A stretch of 64,000 nucleotides of DNA from Chthonomonadales bacterium (GCA_049967475.1 JBMFSQ010000002.1:160001-224000); one strand, 5' to 3'; shown: positions 32,472-42,355, numbered from the stretch's first letter. Notes: a model not told the origin generated them from the sequence alone. Numbers and translations: made by a program.

Positions 32472-32690
32472 CTACCGACCGGGCGACGCCGGGGGAGGGG
32501 GAGGCATCATCGGCGGACCACCCCCCGCGGCGCCTGGATGCATGGGCGGAGCTAGGTTCACGTTCGGTGGCGGCGTGCCTTTGATAATTTTCGGGCCGGG
32601 CGACCACTGCCGGAAGAACAGCACTCCTATCACCGCCAGCACAATAATCACCACCACGGCGACCAATGCAGGAGGAATTTCTTGTTTCAT
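32472..32690 (-). CDS. Small single-pass membrane protein with Pro-rich tail
   Basis: 72 aa, one TM helix, AGGAGG SD, directly downstream of the prepilin gene. Confidence 0.75.
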   Translation of the reverse strand: MKQEIPPALVAVVVIIVLAVIGVLFFRQWSPGPKIIKGTPPPNVNLAPPMHPGAAGGGPPMMPPPPPASPGR

Positions 32691-32742
32691 GTGACCTCCT
32701 TTATAGATCCTATAAACACGGCAAAGAACACGAACGTCTCTG

Positions 32743-33522
32743 CTAAGGGTTCAGGATTGGGTCGGCGTTGCGGTCGTCCTGAACGGTCCATTCACTGGGA
32801 TAGGTGCTTCCCCACCGGCGCGTTTTCACGTGGCCGTCTGTCCATATGATATTTTGCGAGGCGTTGAAGAACCCCTGGACGTTCGGATCCCGGGAAGTCC
32901 AGTCTGTGCCGGTGCACGTCCAGTTGTTCCAACCGCGGTAGAGCGGATAGTCAATGTGGCCGTCTTGCCAACTGTCCGGGCAGTGACCGTCCACTACATA
33001 GATCGTCTCGGCAGGGTTCTGAAGAACCGCTAAGCTGGGATAGTGCCACCATGAGATGCCCCAGTGGGCGCCGGGGTTGTTGTCCTTCCATTTCGTGTAG
33101 TACCACGTGTCTACACCGTTGAGCATGTAGGAGAAAAAGAGGGTGTTGCCGTCCGGGCTCAGGTTGATGTTCAGCTGTTTGCAAACCCATGGTGCATTGG
33201 CGTCGTACGCAGCCTGAAGCTGTGGAGAGAGAAAAACCTGCGTGTTTTTTACGTACGGTTGCAGCAACGCAGGCCAGTACACCCATTGGCCAGGGGAGCA
33301 CCGGGGGTCGTTGTACGGGAGCCCGAAGCCCAGCATCTTTTCGTCGTAATCTTGGGCGTACATCATCAGGGCCAGTCCCTGCTGCTTCATGTTGCTCATG
33401 TCGGACGCCTGGCGTGCCTTTGTACGCGCCTGCGCAAACACAGGAAACAGGATCGCTGCCAAGATCGCGATGATCGCGATCACCACGAGCAGCTCGATGA
33501 GCGTGAACGCCGATCTTTTCAT
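32743..33522 (-). CDS. Prepilin-type N-terminal cleavage/methylation protein (DUF1559-like)
   Basis: [52 protein letters not shown]-terminal [10 protein letters not shown]. Confidence 0.92.
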   Translation of the reverse strand: MKRSAFTLIELLVVIAIIAILAAILFPVFAQARTKARQASDMSNMKQQGLALMMYAQDYDEKMLGFGLPYNDPRCSPGQWVYWPALLQPYVKNTQVFLSPQLQAAYDANAPWVCKQLNINLSPDGNTLFFSYMLNGVDTWYYTKWKDNNPGAHWGISWWHYPSLAVLQNPAETIYVVDGHCPDSWQDGHIDYPLYRGWNNWTCTGTDWTSRDPNVQGFFNASQNIIWTDGHVKTRRWGSTYPSEWTVQDDRNADPILNP

Positions 33523-33599
33523 GGATCACGATCTCCTTTCACAAGTTGGAGCCGATGCATAGGGAAACACCATACGTCAAGAGAAGCTCTCACCCCCTT

Positions 33600-34583
33600 C
33601 TACCTTTGCGTGGAAGCGCGGATGGCCAATATTGGCTGCAGCACGACGCCCTCGACAGCGGCATCCGGAGCCGCCATGCGCCGCTTGAGGAGGCTCCAAG
33701 CACTGTCGCACATCTCGTCCAAAGGCTGGATCACCGTAGTGATGGGAACCTCCAGATACTCCGTGTCCTCGATGCCGTCACATCCCACAATGGCTACATC
33801 GGTGGGCACACGCACTCCGAGATCGCATAGCCCGCGGTAGGCGCCGATTGCCATCTCATCGTTGTGGCAAAACAGCCCATCGGGCAACCCACGCGTAGCG
33901 GCATACGTGCGGATTGCCTCTCGTGCAGAGGACCGCCACTGATCCACCGCGATGATGTATTCCGTTGCAAACTGGAGCTCACGCGCCGCAGCGTCATACC
34001 CGTCGCGCCGAGCGTCACCTTGCTGACGCGACTCTGCATTCACGAGATACGCTATGCGCCGGCAGCCGATGGAGTGCAGGTGGACTACAGCCGCAAACGC
34101 ACCGGCGTAAAGATCCACCGCCACATGATCCACATGGCGAACCACGTAACCTCCCATGCTTACGACGGGGGTCCACCTCCGCGCCCGCTGGCGAAGGTAC
34201 ACCGCAAGTGCCCCAGCGCAATCATGGGCCACGATGCCGTCTATGTGCCCATGCCCTGTGCGCAGCGCTTGCGGCATCTGCTCCATGCACCGTACCAGAA
34301 CTTCATATCCCTCCGAATGGAGGCGAGTGTACACAAGGTGAGCAACTTGCGCATGAAAGCTGGCGTAGAGGTCGTTCATCCAGAGAGCGACGGTGCAGCT
34401 CCTACCCGTAACCAGAGCACGGGCTGAACGGTTGGGTTGATAACCCAATTCTTCAGCAAGCTGCCGCACGCGCCTTGCAGTCGCTTCAGACACCATTGCT
34501 TGCCGGTTCCCGCTCAACACTCGAGATACGGTGGATACGGAAACTCCAAGTTGTTGGGCAAGGTGTTTGAGTGTAACCGCCAC
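33600..34583 (-). CDS. LacI family transcriptional regulator
   Basis: VTLKHLAQQLGVSVSTVSRVL, YQPNRSARAL, FCHNDEMAIG, VAIVGCDG, ITTVIQP. Confidence 0.95.
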   Translation of the reverse strand: MAVTLKHLAQQLGVSVSTVSRVLSGNRQAMVSEATARRVRQLAEELGYQPNRSARALVTGRSCTVALWMNDLYASFHAQVAHLVYTRLHSEGYEVLVRCMEQMPQALRTGHGHIDGIVAHDCAGALAVYLRQRARRWTPVVSMGGYVVRHVDHVAVDLYAGAFAAVVHLHSIGCRRIAYLVNAESRQQGDARRDGYDAAARELQFATEYIIAVDQWRSSAREAIRTYAATRGLPDGLFCHNDEMAIGAYRGLCDLGVRVPTDVAIVGCDGIEDTEYLEVPITTVIQPLDEMCDSAWSLLKRRMAAPDAAVEGVVLQPILAIRASTQR

Positions 34584-34599
34584 GGCCGAATACTCTTTC

Positions 34600-34613
34600 T
34601 GCAAACGTTTGCA
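34600..34613. promoter_or_regulatory. LacI-family operator (O2)
   Basis: Perfect palindrome TGCAAACGTTTGCA with central CG. Confidence 0.8.
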
Positions 34614-34665
34614 ATTGCGATCAAGCAAAGGCTGATCGGGGCAGCTACCGGATAGCGGCTATTGC

Positions 34666-34677
34666 GCAAACGTTTGC
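34666..34677. promoter_or_regulatory. LacI-family operator (O1) over the predicted TSS
   Basis: Perfect palindrome GCAAACGTTTGC with the same core as O2. Confidence 0.8.
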
Positions 34678-34680
34678 AAC

Positions 34681-34709
34681 ATTCTACCACATTCCCCGCA
34701 ACCCGTCAA
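34681..34709 (-). promoter_or_regulatory. Sigma70 promoter of lacI-prepilin operon
   Basis: Minus strand TTGACG-N17-TAGAAT with extended -10 TGg. Confidence 0.75.
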
Positions 34710-34732
34710 CAAACCCCCAAAACGCCCCCGCC

Positions 34733-35995
34733 TTAACCCGCATCCGAACGAAATGCCCAAACATCGCCGCATTCAATTCGCACCTTGGGCCCGCGGTAGA
34801 GCAGGTTGTCGCCATCCTCCGCGTATACGGCAAACCGGCCTTCAGCAGCCTTCTCGCCGCCCAGCCGCAGGCGCACGCGGCCCGGCCCAATCCCGGCATC
34901 GGCCTCGAACACACGGCTGCCCGCCTCGAATACTACGCGCCTCTGAAGCCACCGGGCGAAGATGCGGTTGGCGTCCAGGCTCGGCACGGGTCCGGCGCCG
35001 TACAGCACCCCGAATATGCGGTTCTGCCGCGTCACCCACCCCACAGCCACAATATACCGATCTGCTTCACCGCGGTTCGCCGTGAGGACGCGCTCAGGCG
35101 CGAACTCCCTTCCGTTGCGCGATAAGGTGTACCAGATGCGGTCCGTATTCCGGTGGAGCGCCATGAGGTACCAAACGTCGCTGCCTATACGGAACTTCTT
35201 CACGTCGTTCACCGCGTGGTCGGTGGCCAGTACCGGGCCGTCCAGGCTGAAGCGGCGGAAATCTCTGCTGGTGGCCCGGTAGAGGCGCCCCGGATTGCGC
35301 CCGTCATAAAAATAGAGGCGCAAAAGGCCATCCTCGTACAGAATGGCGTTACTGCCGTTGATGTCGGCCCGGGCGAAGGGTTCATATCCATCTATGACCA
35401 CCAGATCGGCGAAGCGAGCTTCATAGGGTCGGGAACCGTTCCACGTCGTCCCATCCGGGCTCGCAAAGCCGGCGGGCTTGTTCAGGCCGGAACGGTCCGG
35501 ATAGGCGGTACACATCATTTGATAGGATGCGTGGGCAACCCGAACCACGCTGCAGTTATTCACGTGAATGAACGCGCCATGATCAATCTCCAGGCGGCGG
35601 TCTCGAAATTGTACGAAATCCGGCGTCCATTGCGTGTAAACGCGATCATTAGGCGTGTCCACGCCGTCCCAGCCTCCGTACCAGATGCGCCAGCCTCGCC
35701 CATCGGGCAAAACGGTTGGAGCGTAAATGTTGCGGTATCTGCCTGGTCCGGCGTCTATCAGCGGGGCGGTTTCGTTCCACACCCAGTGGAGGCGCCCTGC
35801 CTGCCACACGGATGGATCGAAGGGCCCCGCCTCCACTCCGTGGATCACGATGCCGGAAGCATCCTCCCCGCATCGGCCCAGCTTGCGCATGGAAGCCCTC
35901 GAACCCCCGGCCTTAGGCCATGCTCCCATCGTGCCCGCAGCCACGATGCCAGCCTTCAACAAAAACTCTCGCCGAGTTCCACCTGCGTCATTCAT
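34733..35995 (-). CDS. Tat-exported beta-propeller glycoside hydrolase-like protein (GH43/32/130-like fold)
   Basis: TRREFL twin-arginine signal, NIYAPTV..., SPDGTTW and SRDFRRF Asp-box-like blades. Confidence 0.6.
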   Translation of the reverse strand: MNDAGGTRREFLLKAGIVAAGTMGAWPKAGGSRASMRKLGRCGEDASGIVIHGVEAGPFDPSVWQAGRLHWVWNETAPLIDAGPGRYRNIYAPTVLPDGRGWRIWYGGWDGVDTPNDRVYTQWTPDFVQFRDRRLEIDHGAFIHVNNCSVVRVAHASYQMMCTAYPDRSGLNKPAGFASPDGTTWNGSRPYEARFADLVVIDGYEPFARADINGSNAILYEDGLLRLYFYDGRNPGRLYRATSRDFRRFSLDGPVLATDHAVNDVKKFRIGSDVWYLMALHRNTDRIWYTLSRNGREFAPERVLTANRGEADRYIVAVGWVTRQNRIFGVLYGAGPVPSLDANRIFARWLQRRVVFEAGSRVFEADAGIGPGRVRLRLGGEKAAEGRFAVYAEDGDNLLYRGPKVRIECGDVWAFRSDAG

Positions 35996-36080
35996 TGTGT
36001 TGCCCCTCCTGCAACGGGGTTTCTCGCCGGCTAGCCAGTCCGTGCTCTCTCCCGATCGGCGGGCGGAAGGAAGCTTCAGC

Positions 36081-37622
36081 TCACGGCGCTTCCATGCCCA
36101 ACGTCAGAACCCAATCCCCCGGGCTGGGCGCCGTAACCTGCACATCGTGCCCAGCAGGCAGGCTCACGCGCGGACCGTATCGGCCCGTGCGGGGATCGAA
36201 CCAACGTCCCCGCGCAGCGCTGCGCATGCCGTCCAGAACGAGCCGGGCCTGCCCTTCTGGGAGATAGATCACGTACGTGCGGCCCGGATCCGCCAAACAT
36301 GCGCACCCAGGCGCCGTGCGGGGCATCGGCTGCAGCCGCCACCAGGGAATGCTGCGGAAGAAGCGCGCCAAGATGGACATCGTCTGATATAGGCGCCCCA
36401 GAGGCTTCACCGCCATGCCCCGTTCACTAAAGGTTACACCCACATCCTCGCGGCGCTGCCATCGCCGGGGCGGCACAACCTCATCGGCATAGGTGATCTG
36501 CCCTCCCGAAAGAGCCGCCATCCACATGCCTCTTCGCATGTTTGCGGCGTCCAGCCCAGCCTCTCGCTGGTAGTAATTCCCTTCCCAGAAGCATTCGTGG
36601 CACAGGATGGGCTTGCCTGCTTGCTTGAATAGGTCTGCGAGCCAGACGTACTTGGCCCAATCCAAATCGCTCAATTTGTCCTGCACCGTCACGTATCCGA
36701 ACCATGACGCATGCCAGAGGGAAGCGTCACCGGCGCGGAGGCAATGAACACTGATCAGGTGGCGCCCATGATCCAACTCGTAGAGGCGGCGGCCCAGGGA
36801 CTGCATCTGGGCACTCGAATACCCTTCTTCATATTCGCTCACCGGTTGGAACGTGGCATTCCAATACCCGCCCCAGCGCGCCACCCAGTAGTGCAGCAGC
36901 AGTTCCCGTTGATCGTCCTTGGGCGGCCCGGGCAAGTCGTTGGTTCCCCCCAGGATGCTGAAGGGGATCACGTACATCCCGCGGGCGCCTGCCTGCTCCA
37001 GAACGCGATCCAGCCGGCGCCAAACGTCAAAGTTGAAACGTGTGAAATCCATTCGGCCATTGGGCATGGGCATCCAGGCTGCATCGTCCTTGGTGAGATG
37101 CGGCCCTACGATGGCGTTAAAGCCGTTACGATGCAGAAAATCGAGCGTGCGGGACAAGGTAGGAACATCGAGCCGATCTACCCTCCACAGAAGGAACGCA
37201 GTCAGGTAAACAGGAGTACCGGAGGCGGTGGCGAACCAAAGCGGATTCTGCCCAACTCTCAGCGGACCTGGGATGCGGGAGTTGACGCACTGGAAGATGC
37301 CCATTCCGGTGAGCCCGGCATCTGCAGGGACGCTTCGGACAGACCAATGCCACGTCCCAACCTCGTCCGGCATGAACCGGATGCGCCACACGTCGCCGCC
37401 GTCATAGAAGCCCTCGGTGGCGTAGCGGCGCCCGGACGGAGAACGAAACTCTGCCTGCAACGTCACGCCGGTAAAGGGATTGCGAGGGACGGAGCGCGCG
37501 TGAAACTCCGCTTCCCACAATGCCCACCGGCCTACCTTCCGAACAGGATCCGCTGACCCCAGAGCAGCGCAGCCCATAACGAGGAGCGCGCAACCTATCC
37601 CCGCAATCGCCATTCGCAACAT
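36081..37622 (-). CDS. Secreted DUF5060/DUF4038 (apiosidase/GH140-like) protein with C-terminal beta domain
   Basis: NPF...F.SPSG...GFYDGGDVWRIRFMPDEVGTW, central TIM-barrel-like region, YVIYLPEG...WFDPRTG...DWVL tail. Confidence 0.75.
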   Translation of the reverse strand: MLRMAIAGIGCALLVMGCAALGSADPVRKVGRWALWEAEFHARSVPRNPFTGVTLQAEFRSPSGRRYATEGFYDGGDVWRIRFMPDEVGTWHWSVRSVPADAGLTGMGIFQCVNSRIPGPLRVGQNPLWFATASGTPVYLTAFLLWRVDRLDVPTLSRTLDFLHRNGFNAIVGPHLTKDDAAWMPMPNGRMDFTRFNFDVWRRLDRVLEQAGARGMYVIPFSILGGTNDLPGPPKDDQRELLLHYWVARWGGYWNATFQPVSEYEEGYSSAQMQSLGRRLYELDHGRHLISVHCLRAGDASLWHASWFGYVTVQDKLSDLDWAKYVWLADLFKQAGKPILCHECFWEGNYYQREAGLDAANMRRGMWMAALSGGQITYADEVVPPRRWQRREDVGVTFSERGMAVKPLGRLYQTMSILARFFRSIPWWRLQPMPRTAPGCACLADPGRTYVIYLPEGQARLVLDGMRSAARGRWFDPRTGRYGPRVSLPAGHDVQVTAPSPGDWVLTLGMEAP

Positions 37623-37789
37623 CGCACGTCCTCCGCGATCGGGCCAGTTTAGGCTGAGCCGTGGAGCCTTCGCTCCTTAAGACCGGTGCAACACCCGGAA
37701 GGTTCTGCGGCTTGAGGCGGTAAGCAGAAGGCATTCGGCCGGTGCGGCGCGAACATCCTCCATACCCACACTGTATCCGAGGACGCATC

Positions 37790-38620
37790 ATGAACGAAAC
37801 CAGCCAACCCGGCCATCCTGGAAACCCGGCCAAGATCGTGTACCGCGGCGCCCATAAGCCCCAGCTTACAGCGGACGAGAAGCTTCTGGCGACACCCCTT
37901 CCCGAGCAGGCCCCCTTCATCCACACCGACCCGTGGCGAGTATTGCGCATCATGGGCGAATTCGTGGACGGCTTCGACGCCCTGGTAGACGTACACCGCG
38001 CCGTAACCATGTTCGGCAGCGCCCGAACCAAGCCCGATGATCCCGATTACGAGGCAGCCAGAAGCACGGCGCGCCTCTTGGGCAACGCAGGTTTCGATAT
38101 CATCACCGGCGGAGGGCCCGGCATCATGGAAGCCGGCAACCGGGGCGCGAAAGAAGCGGGGGCACGTTCCATCGGGTTGAATATCGAACTTCCCTTCGAA
38201 CAGCACGCCAATCCGTATATTGACATCGGCATCGAGTTCCACTATTTCTTCGTGCGCAAGATGATGTTCGTGAAATACGCGTGCGCCTTCGTCATCTTTC
38301 CCGGCGGCTTCGGCACGATGGATGAGCTGTTCGAGTCCCTCACCCTCATCCAAACAGGCAAGATACGCAACTTCCCCGTGATCCTGTACAATTCAGCATA
38401 TTGGGGAGGGCTGATCGAGTGGCTCCGTGACCGGATGCTGCGCGAAGGAAAGCTGAGCCCCCACGACCTGGATCTCATGACCGTGTCGGACAGCCCCGAG
38501 CATACGTGCGACCTGATCGTGAGTGCCATGCAGGACGAGAGCATCCGAGCCCCGAAGGAGGAGGCGGCGCGTTCCGAAGTGCGGCGCACTCTGGGCCGGG
38601 AAGCGCACAATCATGGCTGA
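37790..38620 (+). CDS. LOG family (TIGR00730) nucleotide phosphoribohydrolase
   Basis: WRVLRIMGEFVDGF, FGSAR, TGGGPGIMEA, YFFVRK, PGGFGTMDELFE. Confidence 0.92.
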   Translation: MNETSQPGHPGNPAKIVYRGAHKPQLTADEKLLATPLPEQAPFIHTDPWRVLRIMGEFVDGFDALVDVHRAVTMFGSARTKPDDPDYEAARSTARLLGNAGFDIITGGGPGIMEAGNRGAKEAGARSIGLNIELPFEQHANPYIDIGIEFHYFFVRKMMFVKYACAFVIFPGGFGTMDELFESLTLIQTGKIRNFPVILYNSAYWGGLIEWLRDRMLREGKLSPHDLDLMTVSDSPEHTCDLIVSAMQDESIRAPKEEAARSEVRRTLGREAHNHG

Positions 38621-38734
38621 CGGCCGGAGCCCACAGCGATCTTCCGCCGCACGGAACTTGACAGTCGCCGGTCAATTCGGCCATAACAAAACCGTAAAAT
38701 GCCGAAAGGCACAAATCCTGTAGGAGGTGCCCAC

Positions 38735-39319
38735 ATGCTGCAGCCACAAATGAAAGCTCCGGATTTCACCGCTACCGCAGTCGTAGACGGAACGTTCAAG
38801 AAGGTGTCCCTGTCCGATTACCGCGGTAAGTACGTGGTCCTTTTCTTCTACCCGCTGGACTTCACGTTCGTTTGCCCCACCGAGATCATCGCATTCAGCG
38901 ATCACATCGAGGAATTCCGCAAGCGCAACACGGAAGTGATCGGAGTATCCACAGACAGCGAGTTCTCGCACCTGGCGTGGATCCATACTCCCCGCAATAA
39001 GGGCGGCCTGGGAAACATTACCTATCCCCTCGTGGCGGACTTCTCCAAGAGCATCTCGCGTGACTATTGCGTGCTTCTGGATGCGGGAATGGCGCTCCGG
39101 GGGCTCTTCCTTATCGACAAGGAAGGCGTGATTCGCCACATGGTCGTCAATGACCTTGCCTTGGGGCGCAGCGTGGATGAGACTTTGCGCATGATTGACG
39201 CTCTGCAGCACTACGAGAAGTATGGCGAAGTGTGCCCGGCGGATTGGCATCCGGGCGATGAGGCCATCGTGCCCGATCCGGAAAAAGCGCTGGAGTACTT
39301 CGAGCACGCAGCCAAATAG
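38735..39319 (+). CDS. ahpC: Typical 2-Cys peroxiredoxin (AhpC/TSA)
   Basis: [28 protein letters not shown]. Confidence 0.93.
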   Translation: MLQPQMKAPDFTATAVVDGTFKKVSLSDYRGKYVVLFFYPLDFTFVCPTEIIAFSDHIEEFRKRNTEVIGVSTDSEFSHLAWIHTPRNKGGLGNITYPLVADFSKSISRDYCVLLDAGMALRGLFLIDKEGVIRHMVVNDLALGRSVDETLRMIDALQHYEKYGEVCPADWHPGDEAIVPDPEKALEYFEHAAK

Positions 39320-39479
39320 ACGCGCTTCACGTACCATCATCGGCGCCTGCTTGCACCGGTCTCGCCGCCGTGTGGGGCAGGCGTCGGAGTTTTTGCCGGT
39401 TTCGACGCATGGTCCCTCCGCAGCCTGCTGAGGATGGGCGCAGGCGATGGCCGCGGCCCCCCCAGCAAGGCGACATAGT

Positions 39480-39509
39480 TTGACGAATGCGCCCGCGCGC
39501 CGGTACAAT
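39480..39509 (+). promoter_or_regulatory. Sigma70 promoter of murJ (probably leaderless)
   Basis: TTGACG-N18-TACAAT; in-frame GTG 7 nt downstream at 39516. Confidence 0.65.
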
Positions 39510-39515
39510 ACCGCC

Positions 39516-41153
39516 GTGATGGCTGCCGCCCCCAACTCACAGCAATGCGCTGCACCCTCCAGTACCCGCCGCATCGCCGGCGCAACGGCAGTCATGATGA
39601 CTGCTATCCTCGCCAGTCGTCTGCTGGGTCTGGTACGCAACGCCGTCATCTCTCACCAATTCGGCCAAAAGTTCTGGGCGGACGTATACTACGGCGCTTT
39701 CCAGATCCCAGACCTGCTGTTTTATCTCATCGCGGGCGGGGCGCTCTCCTCGGCGTTCATCCCCGTCTTTACCGAGTACATCACGAATGAGCGGCACGAA
39801 GAAGCCTGGCACATCTTCAGCACGGTCGCCTGCGTGATGTTTGTGGCGGTTGGGGTCTTCGTAATACTGGGCGAGGTGTTTGCTGCGCCTCTCGTGCGGT
39901 TGGTCAACCCCGGCTTCCAAGCCATACCCGGCAAGGTGGAAGCCACCGTTCCCCTCACCCGCATCGTGCTCCCGGCCCAGCTCTGCTTCTTTCTGGGCGG
40001 ATTGCTCATGGGGACACAGTATTCCCAGCAGAAGTTCCTGGTCCCTGCCCTTGGGCCCATCGTTTACAACCTAGGCATCATATTCGGAGGGATTGTCCTC
40101 GCTCCGTGGCTCGGCGTTGCGGGGTTATGCTGGGGGGCGCTGGGCGGCGCAGTCGTGGGGAATTTCGCTCTGCAGCTATGGGCCGTGGCCCGCAGCGGCA
40201 TGCGCTTCAGGCCTTCCTTTGAATGGCAGCATCCGGATGTAGTAAAGGTGTGGAAGCTCATGCTGCCTGTGGTTCTGGGAGTGGCCCTGCCTCAAGTGTC
40301 CATTTGGATCAATCGCGCATTCGCATCGGGCCTGGGCAACGGACCCATGGCGGCATTGAGCAATGCCAATCAATTCATGCAGGTACCGCTGGGCATCTTC
40401 GCCCAGGCGATGGCTGTGGCCATATTCCCCACGCTTTCGGCACTGGCGGCGCAGAAGCGGCATGGGGAATTGCGGGACACAGCCTCTTCGGGCATCCGCG
40501 CGCTCCTCTTCCTAACGGTGCCGGCCTCGATCCTCATGATTGTGCTGGCCGTCCCCATCGTGCAGCTCCTCCTTCAGGGAGGCCGGTACGGCCCGGACGA
40601 CACGGCTCTGGCGGCCTCTGCCCTCGCGTACTATTGCATCGGCATCTTCGCATGGTCGGCACAATCTATCCTCGCGCGAACCTTCTATGCCCTGCAAGAC
40701 TCCGTCACGCCGGTGGTAATCGGCACAGCAGTCACGTTCGTCTTCATCCCTATGAATTGGTTCCTGATGAAGCCCATGGGGATACGCGGTCTGGCGTTGG
40801 CCACGACGATTGCCGCCTCGCTCCACGTTTTCGTGATGGTGGGAGTATTGAGCCGTCGCCTCGGAGGCTTCCACATAGCGCGCATGGCGGCCTCGCTGAT
40901 GAAGACTCTTTGCGCCAGCGCCATCGCAGCGGTGGTTTGCGTTACAGCCGCTTCGCATCTAGGGAGCGCCGCACCAGCCGCCGAGAGCCACGTGAAGCTT
41001 CACGCCCTCGCAGTTATTGTGGTTGCAGGGGGGTGCGGTGTATTGGCCTATGTGGCGGCTGCCCGCATCCTGCACATTGAAGAGATGCATCTGGCGCTGG
41101 CATTGCTCCGCAGGCGCAGAGCTGCTCCCACGGCAGATGCATCTGGAAGTTGA
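39516..41153 (+). CDS. murJ: Lipid II flippase MurJ/MviN
   Basis: SRLLGLVRN, AFQIPDLL, GGALSSAFIPVF, FYALQDSVTPV, GLALATTI; about 14 TM helices. Confidence 0.93.
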   Translation: MMAAAPNSQQCAAPSSTRRIAGATAVMMTAILASRLLGLVRNAVISHQFGQKFWADVYYGAFQIPDLLFYLIAGGALSSAFIPVFTEYITNERHEEAWHIFSTVACVMFVAVGVFVILGEVFAAPLVRLVNPGFQAIPGKVEATVPLTRIVLPAQLCFFLGGLLMGTQYSQQKFLVPALGPIVYNLGIIFGGIVLAPWLGVAGLCWGALGGAVVGNFALQLWAVARSGMRFRPSFEWQHPDVVKVWKLMLPVVLGVALPQVSIWINRAFASGLGNGPMAALSNANQFMQVPLGIFAQAMAVAIFPTLSALAAQKRHGELRDTASSGIRALLFLTVPASILMIVLAVPIVQLLLQGGRYGPDDTALAASALAYYCIGIFAWSAQSILARTFYALQDSVTPVVIGTAVTFVFIPMNWFLMKPMGIRGLALATTIAASLHVFVMVGVLSRRLGGFHIARMAASLMKTLCASAIAAVVCVTAASHLGSAAPAAESHVKLHALAVIVVAGGCGVLAYVAAARILHIEEMHLALALLRRRRAAPTADASGS

Positions 41154-41164
41154 GGCCTCGGCGG

Positions 41165-42016
41165 TTACCCGTTGAGATACTCTCGCAGGTGTCGGCGGCG
41201 CGCCACAGCGCGAAGGTGCTTCAGAGCCTGAGCCTCGATCTGCCGCACCCGTTCCCGCGAGAGTTTGAGTTCCTTTCCGATGTCCTGAAGAGCATGCCCT
41301 TCGCGGCTTGCGCCATCCATCCCGAAGCGCCGCCGCATCACGATGCGCTCGCGTTCGGACAGCGTCGCCAGAAGGCGCTCCAGTTCTTCGGTAAGCTCGC
41401 GCTGAAGGGCACACTCCTCGGGGTCGGCAGATTTCTCGTCGTTGATCAGAGCCCACAGGGGCGTACGTTCGCCTTCGCCTACCAGCGTGTCCAGAGACAC
41501 CACATCTTGGGCTGCCCTCAGCAATCCCTCCACACGGACAGGATCCATTTCCAGGCGTTCGGCGATCTGGTGGATGGTGGGTTCTTCGATGCCCTCCCGC
41601 ATCATTCTGGCTCGGGTGCGTTCGATTCGCCGCACGGCCTCGGACACGTGCGCCGGAACCCGGATCGAGCGGGACTTGTTGTCTATGGCGCGGCTGATGG
41701 CCTGCCTGATCCAATGGCTCGCGTAGGTGCTGAAACGAAAACCCCGTGTGGGATCGAAGCGCTCGCAGGCCGTCATGAGGCCGATGGCGCCTTCCTGCAC
41801 CAGATCATCGAAGGGGAGGAGCGGGCAGTGGTAGTTTCGCGCGATGCTCACCACCAGCCGCATGTTCGCCTCTACCAGCCGGCGCTTGGCCTCCGTATCG
41901 CCTTCCCGCACACGATGCGCCAGCTCAAGCTCCTCGGCGGCCGTGAGGAGGGGCTCTCGCGTGAGGCGCCCGATGTACGACGCGGGTTCCGGGGTACCTG
42001 GCGTCGTGTTATCCAT
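41165..42016 (-). CDS. Alternative sigma-70 factor (RpoD/RpoS-like, lacks region 1.1)
   Basis: LLTAAEELELA, LVEANMRLVVSIA, DLVQEGAIGL, FSTYASHWIRQAI, SRERVRQIE. Confidence 0.92.
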   Translation of the reverse strand: MDNTTPGTPEPASYIGRLTREPLLTAAEELELAHRVREGDTEAKRRLVEANMRLVVSIARNYHCPLLPFDDLVQEGAIGLMTACERFDPTRGFRFSTYASHWIRQAISRAIDNKSRSIRVPAHVSEAVRRIERTRARMMREGIEEPTIHQIAERLEMDPVRVEGLLRAAQDVVSLDTLVGEGERTPLWALINDEKSADPEECALQRELTEELERLLATLSERERIVMRRRFGMDGASREGHALQDIGKELKLSRERVRQIEAQALKHLRAVARRRHLREYLNG

Positions 42017-42355
42017 TGCGGCAGGGGGGCCCTTCCGCGCCACATTGGCTCTTTCTACGCCATCGGCCGCACCCCGTGCCGCCCTCCGAGGGGAGGATGC
42101 CGTTAGGTGGGGGCGCAGATGGCTGCCGTCACGTCCGGGTGCGGCTCCCATGGCTCCCGCCTTCCTGCAGAGCCTTATGCCCCTGGGATGCCTTCCCCAG
42201 GGTTCCACTCTGCACTTAGTTGGACGTACGTATACCACCTTTGGTTTCCCTCCTTCAAAACATTCCGGCATATGCGCGAGCCCTATCTTAGGAGTATCAT
42301 GGAGGGGAAACCAACGGTACAAGAAAACGGTATCTAGCCACAAAGGTGACGCCTC

